Virus record (IMG/VR): IMGVR_UViG_3300015263_000962
Location: 1-64,000 of that record
DNA: 64,000 bases
Origin: a virus
Reading direction: 5' to 3' (one strand)
Under the pieces are notes generated by a model. It saw only the letters and a program-made list of their open reading frames with translations. It had not been told where the DNA came from and ran no database searches. Below, one piece after another: positions 54,962 to 64,000 of this stretch. The translations under genes were made by a program, and so were the position numbers. Each line of letters begins with the position of its first letter. Position 1 is the stretch's first letter.

Positions 54962-55774
54962 TCAATATCCCAGCGAACCCAGATCGCCGTCCCACTTGGC
55001 TTCAGCCTCCGACTGAGACGAGTAGAAGGGGCACATCTCGGCATAGTCGCACGTTTTACAGTGCCAACCGACCTTGCCCCAAACTTTATCGGGATCTGAG
55101 TTCTCAATCTGAATGTAGGCGTCGTGAAGATCCTGCTCAACCTGCTCCAGCGATTCCTCTGTGTAGCAGCAACCGATCAGGTTTTCGCCTTCCAGATAGT
55201 AGAGTGCAGCCTTGATGTTTTCGGGCCTCAGATTGAACTCTCGCTGGACGACTCGGGCATACATGCGTAACTGAAGGTCGTATTTCACGGTTTCTGTGTT
55301 AACCCGCCACTTGCCCTTCTTGGTGGTCTTGTAGTCGATGATCCATGCCTTGTCGCCCTTAATGATTAACCGGTCGATGAAACCTTTGATGTGTCTTCCG
55401 TTTGGTGGATCGAGATCGTAGTAGAAGGGATGTTCGACGATACCGCCGCACCCGATGCGATCTGTAAGATTCTGGATGGCCCGAAGATGCTTCTGGAACT
55501 TTTTGGCGTAGTCATCTGGCAGCGGCGGGGCTTTGGTGCCATGTTCGTCCAGATCATACTTGCCTCGCAGAACGTCTTTCCCAAGTTGTCCCACAGAGAG
55601 TTCGCCGTTGTTTTCGACGTAAAGTTCTGCGACTTTGTGGACGATACTACCATAAGTGAAGTAGAATGGTTCTTCGCCGGGACGAGGGATTTTCAGGTGG
55701 TAGCGATATTTGTATTGTTGTTCGCAGGTGTCAAAGCATTTCTTGCGGCTCACTGAAATGTGGTTGATATTCAT
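54962..55774 (-). CDS. PD-(D/E)XK exonuclease (RecB/Cas4-like, Fe-S Cys)
   Basis: C..QY, GSIVH, KGFIDRL, IIDYKT, QLRMY and C..C....CP. Confidence 0.9.
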   Translation of the reverse strand: MNINHISVSRKKCFDTCEQQYKYRYHLKIPRPGEEPFYFTYGSIVHKVAELYVENNGELSVGQLGKDVLRGKYDLDEHGTKAPPLPDDYAKKFQKHLRAIQNLTDRIGCGGIVEHPFYYDLDPPNGRHIKGFIDRLIIKGDKAWIIDYKTTKKGKWRVNTETVKYDLQLRMYARVVQREFNLRPENIKAALYYLEGENLIGCCYTEESLEQVEQDLHDAYIQIENSDPDKVWGKVGWHCKTCDYAEMCPFYSSQSEAEAKWDGDLGSLGY

Positions 55775-55885
55775 GATTCCTCAATTCTTTAAGGGATGCC
55801 GGAATAGCATCGCATGTCATCTTCCATTTTCGACGAAATCACGTTATAACTCAAGTGCTTTCTTAAATAACGAGGAGTCAGATGA

Positions 55886-56950
55886 ATGGCAGTAGATTTC
55901 GACACATTCCTGCAATGGGCAAATGATCGGTTTGGCTCCTTCAACGTGAAGGTGCGGCACACTGCTCACGGGGTCGAAATCTGCACCCATTCCCCGTGGT
56001 CCGAGGAGATAATCGGCAAGACAGATCGCAAGTTTAAGCTCTGGATGAACTGCGAGGGCGGGAAGCATAAGGTCGATGAAGGGGCCTACCGTTGCTGGCT
56101 CACGGACAAATCAGGAACTCTCGTCGAACTCATGTCCAATTGGGACGGGGTTCCTTATGAAGAGGCTGAAGAAATGCTTCTGGGGGTGGCATCTCTCAGA
56201 AGTTTAGAACAGAAAGTCCACGATTTCTTCGGCTACCATGAAGAAGCCACAGTCGCTCCCACTGTGATCGTGCCACAAGCTGCGGAGATGGCTCTTCCAG
56301 AATACTGCTATCTGATCGACGAGATGCCGCCCAGCAGCTTCATGAGGATTCGGGCACGCCAGTATCTCAGAGATCGAAAGATTCCCACAGACGGGCTCTA
56401 CGTCTGCACCGATGGGGATTACAAAAACCGCATCATCATTCCCTACTACGACCGAGAGGGCAGACTGATTTGGTACAACGCTCGTACCATGAGCACCAAA
56501 GAGAGTGTTCTCAGATACATGAAGCCACCGGAAGGAGATCAAGATCAAGTTTTATTCATGACCAAGTGGCCGCATTCGGGTTCCCAGATCTACATAATGG
56601 AGGGGGAATTCGATGCTATCACTCTTGCTTTGTGCGGCTTTACTGGCTGTGCTGTCGGTGGCAAATATATTACAGATACTCAGGTCCAGATGATCCGGGA
56701 CTACCGGCCCATTCTCGCTTTCGACGCAGATGAGGCTGGTCTGGAAGCTCTCATCAATGTGGGCAATGGGTTGCTGGAAAGAGGGATCACCGATCTCATG
56801 TATGTAAGACCACCGAAAGCCTACAAGGACTGGAACAAGTTGCTGAAAGAACGCAACGTCCAGACTGTGCAGGCTTATGTGGAACGGTTCGTGAAACGCT
56901 TTACTTCTACGACCGGCGATATTCTGTTGTCGAATCAGCTTTCGATCTGA
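55886..56950 (+). CDS. DNA primase (T4 gp61-like TOPRIM)
   Basis: YRCW zinc region, RIIIPYYD, IMEGEFDAI, AFDADEAG and KDWN. Confidence 0.9.
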   Translation: MAVDFDTFLQWANDRFGSFNVKVRHTAHGVEICTHSPWSEEIIGKTDRKFKLWMNCEGGKHKVDEGAYRCWLTDKSGTLVELMSNWDGVPYEEAEEMLLGVASLRSLEQKVHDFFGYHEEATVAPTVIVPQAAEMALPEYCYLIDEMPPSSFMRIRARQYLRDRKIPTDGLYVCTDGDYKNRIIIPYYDREGRLIWYNARTMSTKESVLRYMKPPEGDQDQVLFMTKWPHSGSQIYIMEGEFDAITLALCGFTGCAVGGKYITDTQVQMIRDYRPILAFDADEAGLEALINVGNGLLERGITDLMYVRPPKAYKDWNKLLKERNVQTVQAYVERFVKRFTSTTGDILLSNQLSI

Positions 56951-57141
56951 GGCTTGGGTTTGTCAATGTGCCCCATGCGAGCCATCCAATCAAAGTCGGC
57001 CTGAGAAACGTATCGAACCGACCCGTCTCGTTGAACCATTGGAATGTTGGCTTCCTCAGTGGGCTGAGACAACAACTTGGGCGTATAGCCGGGCTGAAGC
57101 CCGACCTTGCGTTTGTTGTTTTTGCTGATGATCTGGCCCAT
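56935..57141 (-). CDS. small hypothetical protein
   Basis: TAATG coupling with the upstream gene. Confidence 0.5.
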   Translation of the reverse strand: MGQIISKNNKRKVGLQPGYTPKLLSQPTEEANIPMVQRDGSVRYVSQADFDWMARMGHIDKPKPQIES

Positions 57142-57518
57142 TAGCAGTTGCAACCTGCACAGCCGCAGTCCTTACAAGTACACTTGGAACAATCGCCTGT
57201 TTTGCAACCAGCACACGGGCAGGTGCAAGCTTGTTTGGCTTCTCGCATCATTTTCCATTTTCTCCATAGATTGAGTTCATCGACTCTTTTGAGTTTGCGA
57301 TCCAGAAAGTCCGAGAAGGATTCTTCCTTCTCATCATCGTCATCGTCATCCACCTTCTCGGGCAAACCCTTGTGTTTGGTGGAAGCGAAATCTTCGGCGT
57401 CTTTCTTGGATATGCTTTTGGCGACCTTTTCGACTTCAGGTCCACCAACATCCTCGCCCTTCTGGCGAGCGTGGACCATGCCGAAAAATCGTTGTTGTTT
57501 CTTGCTTTTTGCTGGCAT
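57141..57518 (-). CDS. MPAKSKKQQR (DUF3008-like) protein with metallothionein-like Cys tail
   Basis: MPAKSKKQQRFFGMV..DFASTKHKGLPEKV; tail CTCPCAGCKTGDCSKCTCKDCGCAGCNC. Confidence 0.8.
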   Translation of the reverse strand: MPAKSKKQQRFFGMVHARQKGEDVGGPEVEKVAKSISKKDAEDFASTKHKGLPEKVDDDDDDEKEESFSDFLDRKLKRVDELNLWRKWKMMREAKQACTCPCAGCKTGDCSKCTCKDCGCAGCNC

Positions 57519-57644
57519 GATGTCCTCCTTGGTTTATTTATGATCAAAACCACAAAAACCAGACTATCTTAATTTTGCCCCGGTCAAACCAAACACTCTT
57601 ATGCCTAACGGCCAATGGAAATATGAGACCGGGGCTTTTTTGAT

Positions 57645-58136
57645 ATGAACACAAAGACCATCCAGCACATGCAATACTTCGTCGGAAAAGTATGCAGCAT
57701 CGTCACATCTTCTATGAACCGATCATTCGATGAGCAGACAGCCAGAGAGCATTTTGCCGTCAGAGTAGGGGAAGTTGGCATGGATGGCATCTGGGGAACC
57801 CACCCATACAACCCGGACATGGTGAGCTTTTTTGCTATGGCTCATGTCATCTCGATTCACGAGGAAACAGAACTGGACCCCAGCAATCCAGAACATGCGG
57901 CGATGATTGAGGAATATGAGAAGAAGACGGGCCAGAAGATAAAGAGTGATCTCAAACAAGCCCCGAAACCTCAGAAGAAGAAGACAGAACTACCGGTTCT
58001 AAATCAAACGCCGCCAGCACCCGTTCAGGAAGCCAGCGGCGATGCAACATTTGTTGATTTGGAAAGTCTTGAGCGACTCGCCGAGGATACCCGGCGAGCT
58101 TATGCTCAGTATGACAGTTTCGACTTACGCAAGTAG
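57645..58136 (+). CDS. hypothetical protein (Sm-like N-terminus)
   Basis: YFVGKVCSI..DGIWG..FF....VISI.EE. Confidence 0.65.
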   Translation: MNTKTIQHMQYFVGKVCSIVTSSMNRSFDEQTAREHFAVRVGEVGMDGIWGTHPYNPDMVSFFAMAHVISIHEETELDPSNPEHAAMIEEYEKKTGQKIKSDLKQAPKPQKKKTELPVLNQTPPAPVQEASGDATFVDLESLERLAEDTRRAYAQYDSFDLRK

Positions 58137-61100
58137 TTGCTCACGCAGTTCTTGAACTCTGCTCTTAGTGGGCCGAACGCCCTCTCTTAGAAGCTTCTTG
58201 TAGAGTTCAATTGTGTCTTGGAAGGTTTCGTTCTTGCCTTCGCCTGATTTGCGAGCCTTACGATCCTTCATGAATTGAGACATTGTTGAGCCTCGTGCCT
58301 GTTTTGGCTCCTTTGGCTTTGCTTCGCCTTCAGGCTCGGGTTCGTTGACAGGAAGGTGTCCACCATCTCTCTTCATGTCAGCCTGTTGTTGAGCGATGAG
58401 ATCTTGGAGTTCTTTGTCCATATCTTCGTCGCTGGCCCCGGCTTCCTCTTCAGGGGCTTCGCCAGTCATCTTGCTCAACTTGGCAATATCGTGAGCCACG
58501 TTCATGACTTCCTTTTCCAAGTTTCCATCGCCATCCAATGCGTTCATTAAGGCGTCCAGTGGTGTGCCCGGATCTTGCATACTTTCCACATCTTCCTCTC
58601 GACCAGCCTTAGACAAAGCCTGCTTCATTTGAGCGGACAAGAATTTGTAGAGATTCTGCTTGGCACTTGGGTCTCCAGTCTTAGCAGCATCAAGCAACTT
58701 CTTTGCTCTTGCAAAGAGTTGTGCATCATCTAACGCACTTGTGCCGCCCTTTGATTGTGCGAATTTTTCCAAGTCCTCAGCATCGGCAGCCTTCCTGTTG
58801 ATGGCGTCATCGAAGTTGCCTTGTGCGAGTTTTGTGATCGCATTCATGATCGCTTGCTGGTCTTCCTTGTCCAGTGCGATGATTCCAGCATCTTCGTCAG
58901 CCATGCTCTTGCCGAGCGGTTCTTGGCCCAATAGTTCGGCGATCTTAGCCTTCAGTTGGTCTTCGCCACCGCTGGCCTTCACCATGTGTTCGAGATCACC
59001 ATCTTGCTGCAACTTCTTCAGAACCGAAGGAACCAACTGTTGTGCTCTGCCTTCAGGCTGAGCGGCTGGAGCTTTGGCTGCTGGAGCCATCTCTGGAGCG
59101 GCTTCTGCTCCGGGAGTCACTCCCGGTGCGGCTGGAGCGGCTGGAGCGGCTTCTGGGCCGGTGACGCCGAGCTTGCCGTAAATCTTGGCAAGCTTCTCTG
59201 GCGGAACCTCTTGATCCCCGAACGTGTTGTCGAGAACGGTTTCGAGATCTTTCAGAGGATCACCTGTTGATTCGTCTCCACGGGTCTTAAGGAACTCTTG
59301 GGTTGTGGCGATGGCCTTGTCCAGTTGTCCGGTGCTCTTCAAGTGACTGATGACCGATCTTGTTGTTGCATTGCCTGTTTCTTTGGTATCAACCGGAAGG
59401 TGCCCAGTTTCCTCTGGAGGAGCTTCTGGGGCTGCTGGATTCGCCTCAATCGATGGTGCCTTGGTAGGTGCCATCGGTTCTGTTTTGGCGTCCAAGTCTA
59501 CGACAGGTGGTTGCATTGTTGATTTTTCAGGACTTGCTCCTGCACGCTTGCCTGCTGCCCATGTTTCAGGATCAAGGACCAATCCCGGCGACTGGTGTGC
59601 CGCAGCGGTTCCACCTTGTGATCCACCACCTCGGGACCAAGCACCAACCTTCAGAACCAATTCCAAAATTCGGTTTGGATATCGGTCATCGAAGTGGTTC
59701 AGTCCACCCAGTGTTGACATCAGGTGTGTGGCGATTGTGCTGACACGAGGATTCGGGTTCTTACCGCCCGTGGCCTGATAGGCACGACGCAAGATTTCTC
59801 CCCACAGACCCTTCGCACTCTTGCCAATGGCCTTGCCCGGCTTGGCTTCGTATGCGGAGGCAGGCGTGGCCTCAATGTCTTCGCCAGCTTGATTCTTGAT
59901 GAACGCCATGTATTCGTAAGGCGTTGGAAGATGCAGGCTGCCCTTCGATGTCGGAATCGCCTTGCTCTTGTTGAACATTGGCTGCATACCCATCGCTCGC
60001 AGACCAGCATCAAAGTTCTGCATGTGAAGTTCTTTGATTTGATGAGCTTTCATTCGGTGTTCTGGATTGGTGCTTCTTTCCAGTTCATCTGTGGCCGCAA
60101 CGTCATCGCTCAAAGCATCAGGGTTCGTTCCTGTCTTTAGTTCTTCGTCTTCTTGTGGGTTGCCTGTGCTGACCGGAATGTCAACGCCATTGGCTGCTTC
60201 TGGGCCGTCTCCCGGCACAGATGGACCATTCACGCCTGCCGAAGCTGTTGGCGAAGCTGTGCCACGCTTTGTGTAAGGCATCTTGATGGCCGCAGCAAAT
60301 TGCTCAAGACGATCATCGAGCCAACCCATGAAGTCCATCTTGGCCTGATCAATCAAGGCGTCGATGTCCATTTCGGATTCCAGAAGCATCGAGTTGAAAT
60401 GAAGACGTGCTTCTTTCGCCATTGGGCGAGTAGGATCGTTATGCCAGCGTCGGCGGAATTTCTTAATCGGACCCCAGTTGGCGATGGGATCGATGATGGA
60501 TCTTCTGAGAGCACCACCCAATCTCTTCCACCATGGTTCGCCCTGAGAGCGTGCGCCCGGCAGAAAGCTGCCCAGCGAGGCAGGCTTATAACCGCCCACT
60601 TCTGGACGATCTTGAGGAAGGTGTTCTCTGGAGAAAGTCGGATCGCTTTCATCACCAGCAGGCGGCGAATGGGTTGCACCAGAACCAGACGGCCCGGCAC
60701 CCATCACTCCACCACGAGGGCTTCCGCCAGCAGGAGGAGCCCCAGCATCTCGGGCATGTCCGCCTGTGGGTGGCAAACCCGATCCAGAACCGGGAGCACT
60801 GCCGCCCTCGGCATCTGCTGCGGGCTCATCTGCGGGACTTGTAGCAGTCCCACGAGATGCTTTCATTCCGCCCATGACAGTGCTTTTGATCGCATCGAAC
60901 ATGGCGGAAACTTTGGCTTCGATCTCATCCCGAAGAGCGTCAAGGGATGGTGCAGCGGCCCCGTCAGACTCCATCAGAGCCTCGTACAGCGTTTGCTTCG
61001 CAAATCGCATCGTGTTGTCGATAACGTATCTCTGAAGTCTGTGATCGTTTTCGACAGCGAGGTTCCACTCGGACTGTTCTGACAGGTTTTCAATGATCAG

Positions 61101-61232
61101 CTTGGGTAATTTCGAAGATTCGATCAGTCTCAGTCTGAGAATCTCAAGTTGGTTCTCAACTCCTTCACGAATGTCGCAATTGTCCAAGCTATCCGTTAGC
61201 TCATGAATCTGATGTTCTCTAAAGCTTCGCAT
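58125..61232 (-). CDS. large low-complexity putative internal virion protein (MRSFREH)
   Basis: 1035 aa; Ala/Pro/Gly/Glu-rich linkers; many (I/L)-x-E sites in the N-terminus; GTATATA and GGGAG upstream. Confidence 0.75.
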   Translation of the reverse strand: MRSFREHQIHELTDSLDNCDIREGVENQLEILRLRLIESSKLPKLIIENLSEQSEWNLAVENDHRLQRYVIDNTMRFAKQTLYEALMESDGAAAPSLDALRDEIEAKVSAMFDAIKSTVMGGMKASRGTATSPADEPAADAEGGSAPGSGSGLPPTGGHARDAGAPPAGGSPRGGVMGAGPSGSGATHSPPAGDESDPTFSREHLPQDRPEVGGYKPASLGSFLPGARSQGEPWWKRLGGALRRSIIDPIANWGPIKKFRRRWHNDPTRPMAKEARLHFNSMLLESEMDIDALIDQAKMDFMGWLDDRLEQFAAAIKMPYTKRGTASPTASAGVNGPSVPGDGPEAANGVDIPVSTGNPQEDEELKTGTNPDALSDDVAATDELERSTNPEHRMKAHQIKELHMQNFDAGLRAMGMQPMFNKSKAIPTSKGSLHLPTPYEYMAFIKNQAGEDIEATPASAYEAKPGKAIGKSAKGLWGEILRRAYQATGGKNPNPRVSTIATHLMSTLGGLNHFDDRYPNRILELVLKVGAWSRGGGSQGGTAAAHQSPGLVLDPETWAAGKRAGASPEKSTMQPPVVDLDAKTEPMAPTKAPSIEANPAAPEAPPEETGHLPVDTKETGNATTRSVISHLKSTGQLDKAIATTQEFLKTRGDESTGDPLKDLETVLDNTFGDQEVPPEKLAKIYGKLGVTGPEAAPAAPAAPGVTPGAEAAPEMAPAAKAPAAQPEGRAQQLVPSVLKKLQQDGDLEHMVKASGGEDQLKAKIAELLGQEPLGKSMADEDAGIIALDKEDQQAIMNAITKLAQGNFDDAINRKAADAEDLEKFAQSKGGTSALDDAQLFARAKKLLDAAKTGDPSAKQNLYKFLSAQMKQALSKAGREEDVESMQDPGTPLDALMNALDGDGNLEKEVMNVAHDIAKLSKMTGEAPEEEAGASDEDMDKELQDLIAQQQADMKRDGGHLPVNEPEPEGEAKPKEPKQARGSTMSQFMKDRKARKSGEGKNETFQDTIELYKKLLREGVRPTKSRVQELREQLLA

Positions 61233-61289
61233 ACTTCTCCCTCATTTGCCGCACCTTCGGGTTGTTAAGGTATATACGGGCAATGAGTC

Positions 61290-61781
61290 TTATTTGGAGG
61301 GCATGTACTCGCCAATTTTCTTCAGGGCCATGAGATTCGAGTCATAAGTCTGGAATTGGCTGGGCAAATACTGATACGACAGGCGTTCAAATGCGTCCCC
61401 AACACCTTCTGGATGCTCGAAATAGACGTACTTCCCCTTCTTGCCAATTACCCGCACTCCGAGGCTCTTGTCTCGGTACTCGTGCATTAACAAATAGGCG
61501 GCAACTCCTAGATCTGTAACCACCTTGTGTGTGTCCTCATTCAGATTTTCCGGTACATACTCGTTGATCTTCTTAAGGAACATCAAGCACGAGTCAAATG
61601 TATAGAACTCGTTTGGTGGCTGATATTCAAAGATAAGCTTGTCAAACTCGGCTGATTCCTCATCGCTGTTGCACTCGAAGTAAATCGATCTGCCCCGCTT
61701 GCCGACTACAGCGTAGCCGTGCATTAAGATGTAGGCGGCAACCCCGAGATCATTGACAAATTTGTGGATGCTCTCTCCCAT
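61290..61781 (-). CDS. tandem-domain protein (DUF5659-like, two copies)
   Basis: DLGVAAY.LMH..GK.G...YFE..Y....F.T.DS.LM.LKKI occurs twice. Confidence 0.75.
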   Translation of the reverse strand: MGESIHKFVNDLGVAAYILMHGYAVVGKRGRSIYFECNSDEESAEFDKLIFEYQPPNEFYTFDSCLMFLKKINEYVPENLNEDTHKVVTDLGVAAYLLMHEYRDKSLGVRVIGKKGKYVYFEHPEGVGDAFERLSYQYLPSQFQTYDSNLMALKKIGEYMPSK

Positions 61782-62023
61782 TTCTCTTTCCTTTCTTGCT
61801 GTTCAAGTTGGGCAAGATACATATGCCAAGCGATGGACTTTTCGATATATCCCTCGTCAACAATTGGCATAACTTTTTCGCCCTCTGTAAGTGGACCATG
61901 ATGGTTCTCCCAAGCAAGGCGTATCGGTTCTATGTTGTCCCGAATATGCCATGCTTGGGCATGAACCTTCAATTTGGTGTTGGTGACGCCCAAACTGGCC
62001 GTCACCTTCAGGGTTCCACTCAT
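61724..62023 (-). CDS. hypothetical protein
   Basis: GAGGA SD; fits the operon. Confidence 0.5.
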   Translation of the reverse strand: MSGTLKVTASLGVTNTKLKVHAQAWHIRDNIEPIRLAWENHHGPLTEGEKVMPIVDEGYIEKSIAWHMYLAQLEQQERKEKWERASTNLSMISGLPPTS

Positions 62024-62700
62024 TCCGTTGATTCCTCAATATATGAGTGTGATGGTTGGACACTATGAACGTGTTTGTGTCCTTTTCCTTCAACATCTTT
62101 CTTTTCCGGTTTCTTGTCTTCAAGGTCGAGATCTTTGACCTCGGACCTCAGTTCTTCGATGGTTTTCGAAGGCTTCTCCACGTTGGGAACCTCTTCGACC
62201 TTCTCTCCGAACAGTGGATCAAGTTTCTGCTTCATCACGCCAGCGATCACCTCGACCGCTTGCTTATGATTCAACAGGCCAGCGAGACCCATGTAGCAGT
62301 GTTTCACAGAATCAACCGGGATGGTTGTAGGAATGGTGTTGATCCGAATCATCTTGTCAGCAAAGCTGACTGTCATATTCGGATACAGTTTCGCCAAAGC
62401 CTTACGGATGGCCTGTCGGCCAGAGTCACCGTCTTCAACAATGACGTGGACTTCATCCCAATTGATGATTCCGGCGAGTGCCAGAAATTCAACTGGATAC
62501 AGTTCTGCTTGTTCTTCGCCGTGTTCAGCCGTTTGCTGAAATTTCATACGACTCAGAACTGGCATGGCCCACTCAGATGCCGAAGCGGTATCTTCTTTGT
62601 AGGACAGCCCTGCTGGATAATTGTTGTGCCAAATGGCAAACGATTGCCCTTCGGCGAGTCTGTACCGATCAACGTCGGTACTCTCTGCAAATGAAAACAT
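62020..62700 (-). CDS. hypothetical protein
   Basis: GAGG SD; ATAACTA upstream. Confidence 0.65.
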   Translation of the reverse strand: MFSFAESTDVDRYRLAEGQSFAIWHNNYPAGLSYKEDTASASEWAMPVLSRMKFQQTAEHGEEQAELYPVEFLALAGIINWDEVHVIVEDGDSGRQAIRKALAKLYPNMTVSFADKMIRINTIPTTIPVDSVKHCYMGLAGLLNHKQAVEVIAGVMKQKLDPLFGEKVEEVPNVEKPSKTIEELRSEVKDLDLEDKKPEKKDVEGKGHKHVHSVQPSHSYIEESTE

Positions 62701-62754
62701 TTTCTACCTCTATTCTGTTACCTAGAAAACCGGCTACCCAACCGGTCTTAATAG

Positions 62755-63777
62755 TTATGCGTTGCCTCCCGAATTTTCCGCAGCAATTAAGCACCCACGA
62801 GCCACAGAATAGACTGGATCACTGGGACGGATCACCCGACCAATATCCACAGGAATCCCCGAATTGCGAACCATCTTCTCGAAAAACTTATCGAATCCCG
62901 GTGGGCTGGCTGTTCCACCAGCAACCACGATGTCGATTGGTTGATCCAGACGAGCGTTCTTATCCTTGTTTTCTTCAAGGCCCTTCTTCAGTCCGCCGAC
63001 CGTCTTCTCGATCATCAGTTCGTACTGAGTCTTGATGGCTCGTTCGACGAGTGTGTTGGGTTCTTTGCCCAGATCAATCTTGGTTTTCTCCTTGTTGATG
63101 AAGGCGATGGTCTCGCCAGTTGCTTTAGCAGCCTGACGATCAATCCAGTCACCCGAGTTCACAAGTGCGAAGCTGAAGACCTCGGCACCGAAGAGGGAGA
63201 AGGCCACGTTGACCATACCTGCGCCACAGGAGATGCCGATGCCGGTGAACATCCTGTCGGCCAGTTCTGAGTACACAAGTGCCATGCCTTCATTGATTGG
63301 ACGGGCATCGACTCTGTATCCCTCTTCGCTGCTGTATGCCTTAAAGATGGACTCCAGAATCTTACGGTGATAGTCGGCGTCTGTTTCTTCGTTGATGGCA
63401 TTGGCCGGAACGGAGTAGTACAGAATCTCTTTGTCGTAAGAGATTTCGCCGAGCAGGCTGTGAATCATGATGTTCATGATCTGGAAGGCATCCTTTTCCT
63501 TCGGATTCACACATCCGTCTTTCATTGGACGTTTCAGATCGATTTGGTTCATGGTGTAGGCCATGTTGATTGCAGCCTCACCCAACGCATACGCCATGTT
63601 GGCGTCTTCACGATGAATCAAGGGCACTCCCGATTTCTTCATCATGTTGAATACGAAGTCGTTCTGGAGTTCCATTTCCAAGAAAGCATTAACCTCTCTC
63701 TTGTAAACAAAATCGCCAGCTTCGTTCCGCTTGCAGCAGATCAAGTTGTATGTTCCGCAGTCGAAACCGATGCTCAT
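62755..63777 (-). CDS. actin-like ATPase (MreB/ParM superfamily)
   Basis: Phosphate 1 GFDCGTYN; RPMKDG; SVPA; INEGMA; phosphate 2 GISCGAGMVN; adenosine VAGGTA; ARGCL. Confidence 0.9.
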   Translation of the reverse strand: MSIGFDCGTYNLICCKRNEAGDFVYKREVNAFLEMELQNDFVFNMMKKSGVPLIHREDANMAYALGEAAINMAYTMNQIDLKRPMKDGCVNPKEKDAFQIMNIMIHSLLGEISYDKEILYYSVPANAINEETDADYHRKILESIFKAYSSEEGYRVDARPINEGMALVYSELADRMFTGIGISCGAGMVNVAFSLFGAEVFSFALVNSGDWIDRQAAKATGETIAFINKEKTKIDLGKEPNTLVERAIKTQYELMIEKTVGGLKKGLEENKDKNARLDQPIDIVVAGGTASPPGFDKFFEKMVRNSGIPVDIGRVIRPSDPVYSVARGCLIAAENSGGNA

Positions 63778-64000
63778 TTTTCCTCCTTACCGAAATTGAG
63801 TTTGACCCCCGATGTGAAATCGGGAATCATGGGTGCGGCCTCATCCTCATCTGGTTGGCTTAAAGCCGTAACCTCAGCATTGTCAGCCGTAGCTGAGACT
63901 TTCCCGTCCACGGTGATGTTGATGTTCAGAGTGATTTCAAGTTCCCCATCTTTGGGAACGACCCGAACAGTCGTCTTTGTTGGGGGTTTTACAATCTGTG
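63774..64000 (-). CDS. hypothetical protein, partial, translationally coupled to the actin gene
   Basis: Manually translated ...GELEITLNINITVDG...PDFTSGVKLNFGKEEK-stop, with ATGA overlap. Confidence 0.65.
   Translation of the reverse strand, partial: QIVKPPTKTTVRVVPKDGELEITLNINITVDGKVSATADNAEVTALSQPDEDEAAPMIPDFTSGVKLNFGKEEK

Noticed and set aside
54962-55774. Cas4-like gene as a sign of CRISPR-Cas
   Set aside because: No array or other cas genes; stand-alone nucleases of this type beside primase are common in phages.
57577-57641. GCCCCGGTC/GACCGGGGC stem with a ~40-nt loop and T-run
   Set aside because: Terminator- or attenuator-like, but no plus-strand transcript upstream is evident, so its function cannot be supported.
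1-64000. tRNA/rRNA genes and stop-codon reassignment
   Set aside because: No cloverleaf or T-loop context was found by eye, and core genes are full length with TAA, TAG and TGA all used as stops.

Overview
This 64 kb window comes from a large T4-like (myovirus-type, probably jumbo) phage read in the standard genetic code. It carries a minus-strand head module (terminase large subunit, intein-containing portal, head-core protein, prohead protease, scaffold, gp23-like major capsid protein), plus a primase, a PD-(D/E)XK exonuclease and an actin-like ATPase. The dense accessory genes include GroES, DnaJ, a radical SAM enzyme, a Dam-type methylase, SpoU/TylF/class I methyltransferases, five non-structural peptidases, two 2H phosphoesterases (one Acb1-like), CYTH, ferritin-like, CNNM and OGFr-domain proteins. 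Some accessory genes hint at a Planctomycetota host (inference). Main observations: (1) two stand-alone small genes are diverged fragments of the phage's own major capsid protein and share an N-terminal M-[KR]-N-H-W-L tag, and two inverted tail-tube-like paralogs lie nearby, suggesting a possible structural-decoy system; (2) a sigma70-driven operon encodes an SF2/Z1-like helicase, an MTase-fold protein and a free copy of that protein's C-terminal domain, convergent with the Dam-type gene; (3) about ten proteins carry T4 capsid-targeting-like N-termini; (4) a GG-ending protein is paired with a Cys-containing partner; (5) a TANMTA late-promoter-like motif often sits 4-5 nt before SD-less ATGs. 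No tRNA, rRNA or CRISPR array was seen. All family calls are by-eye motif recognition, with no database search.
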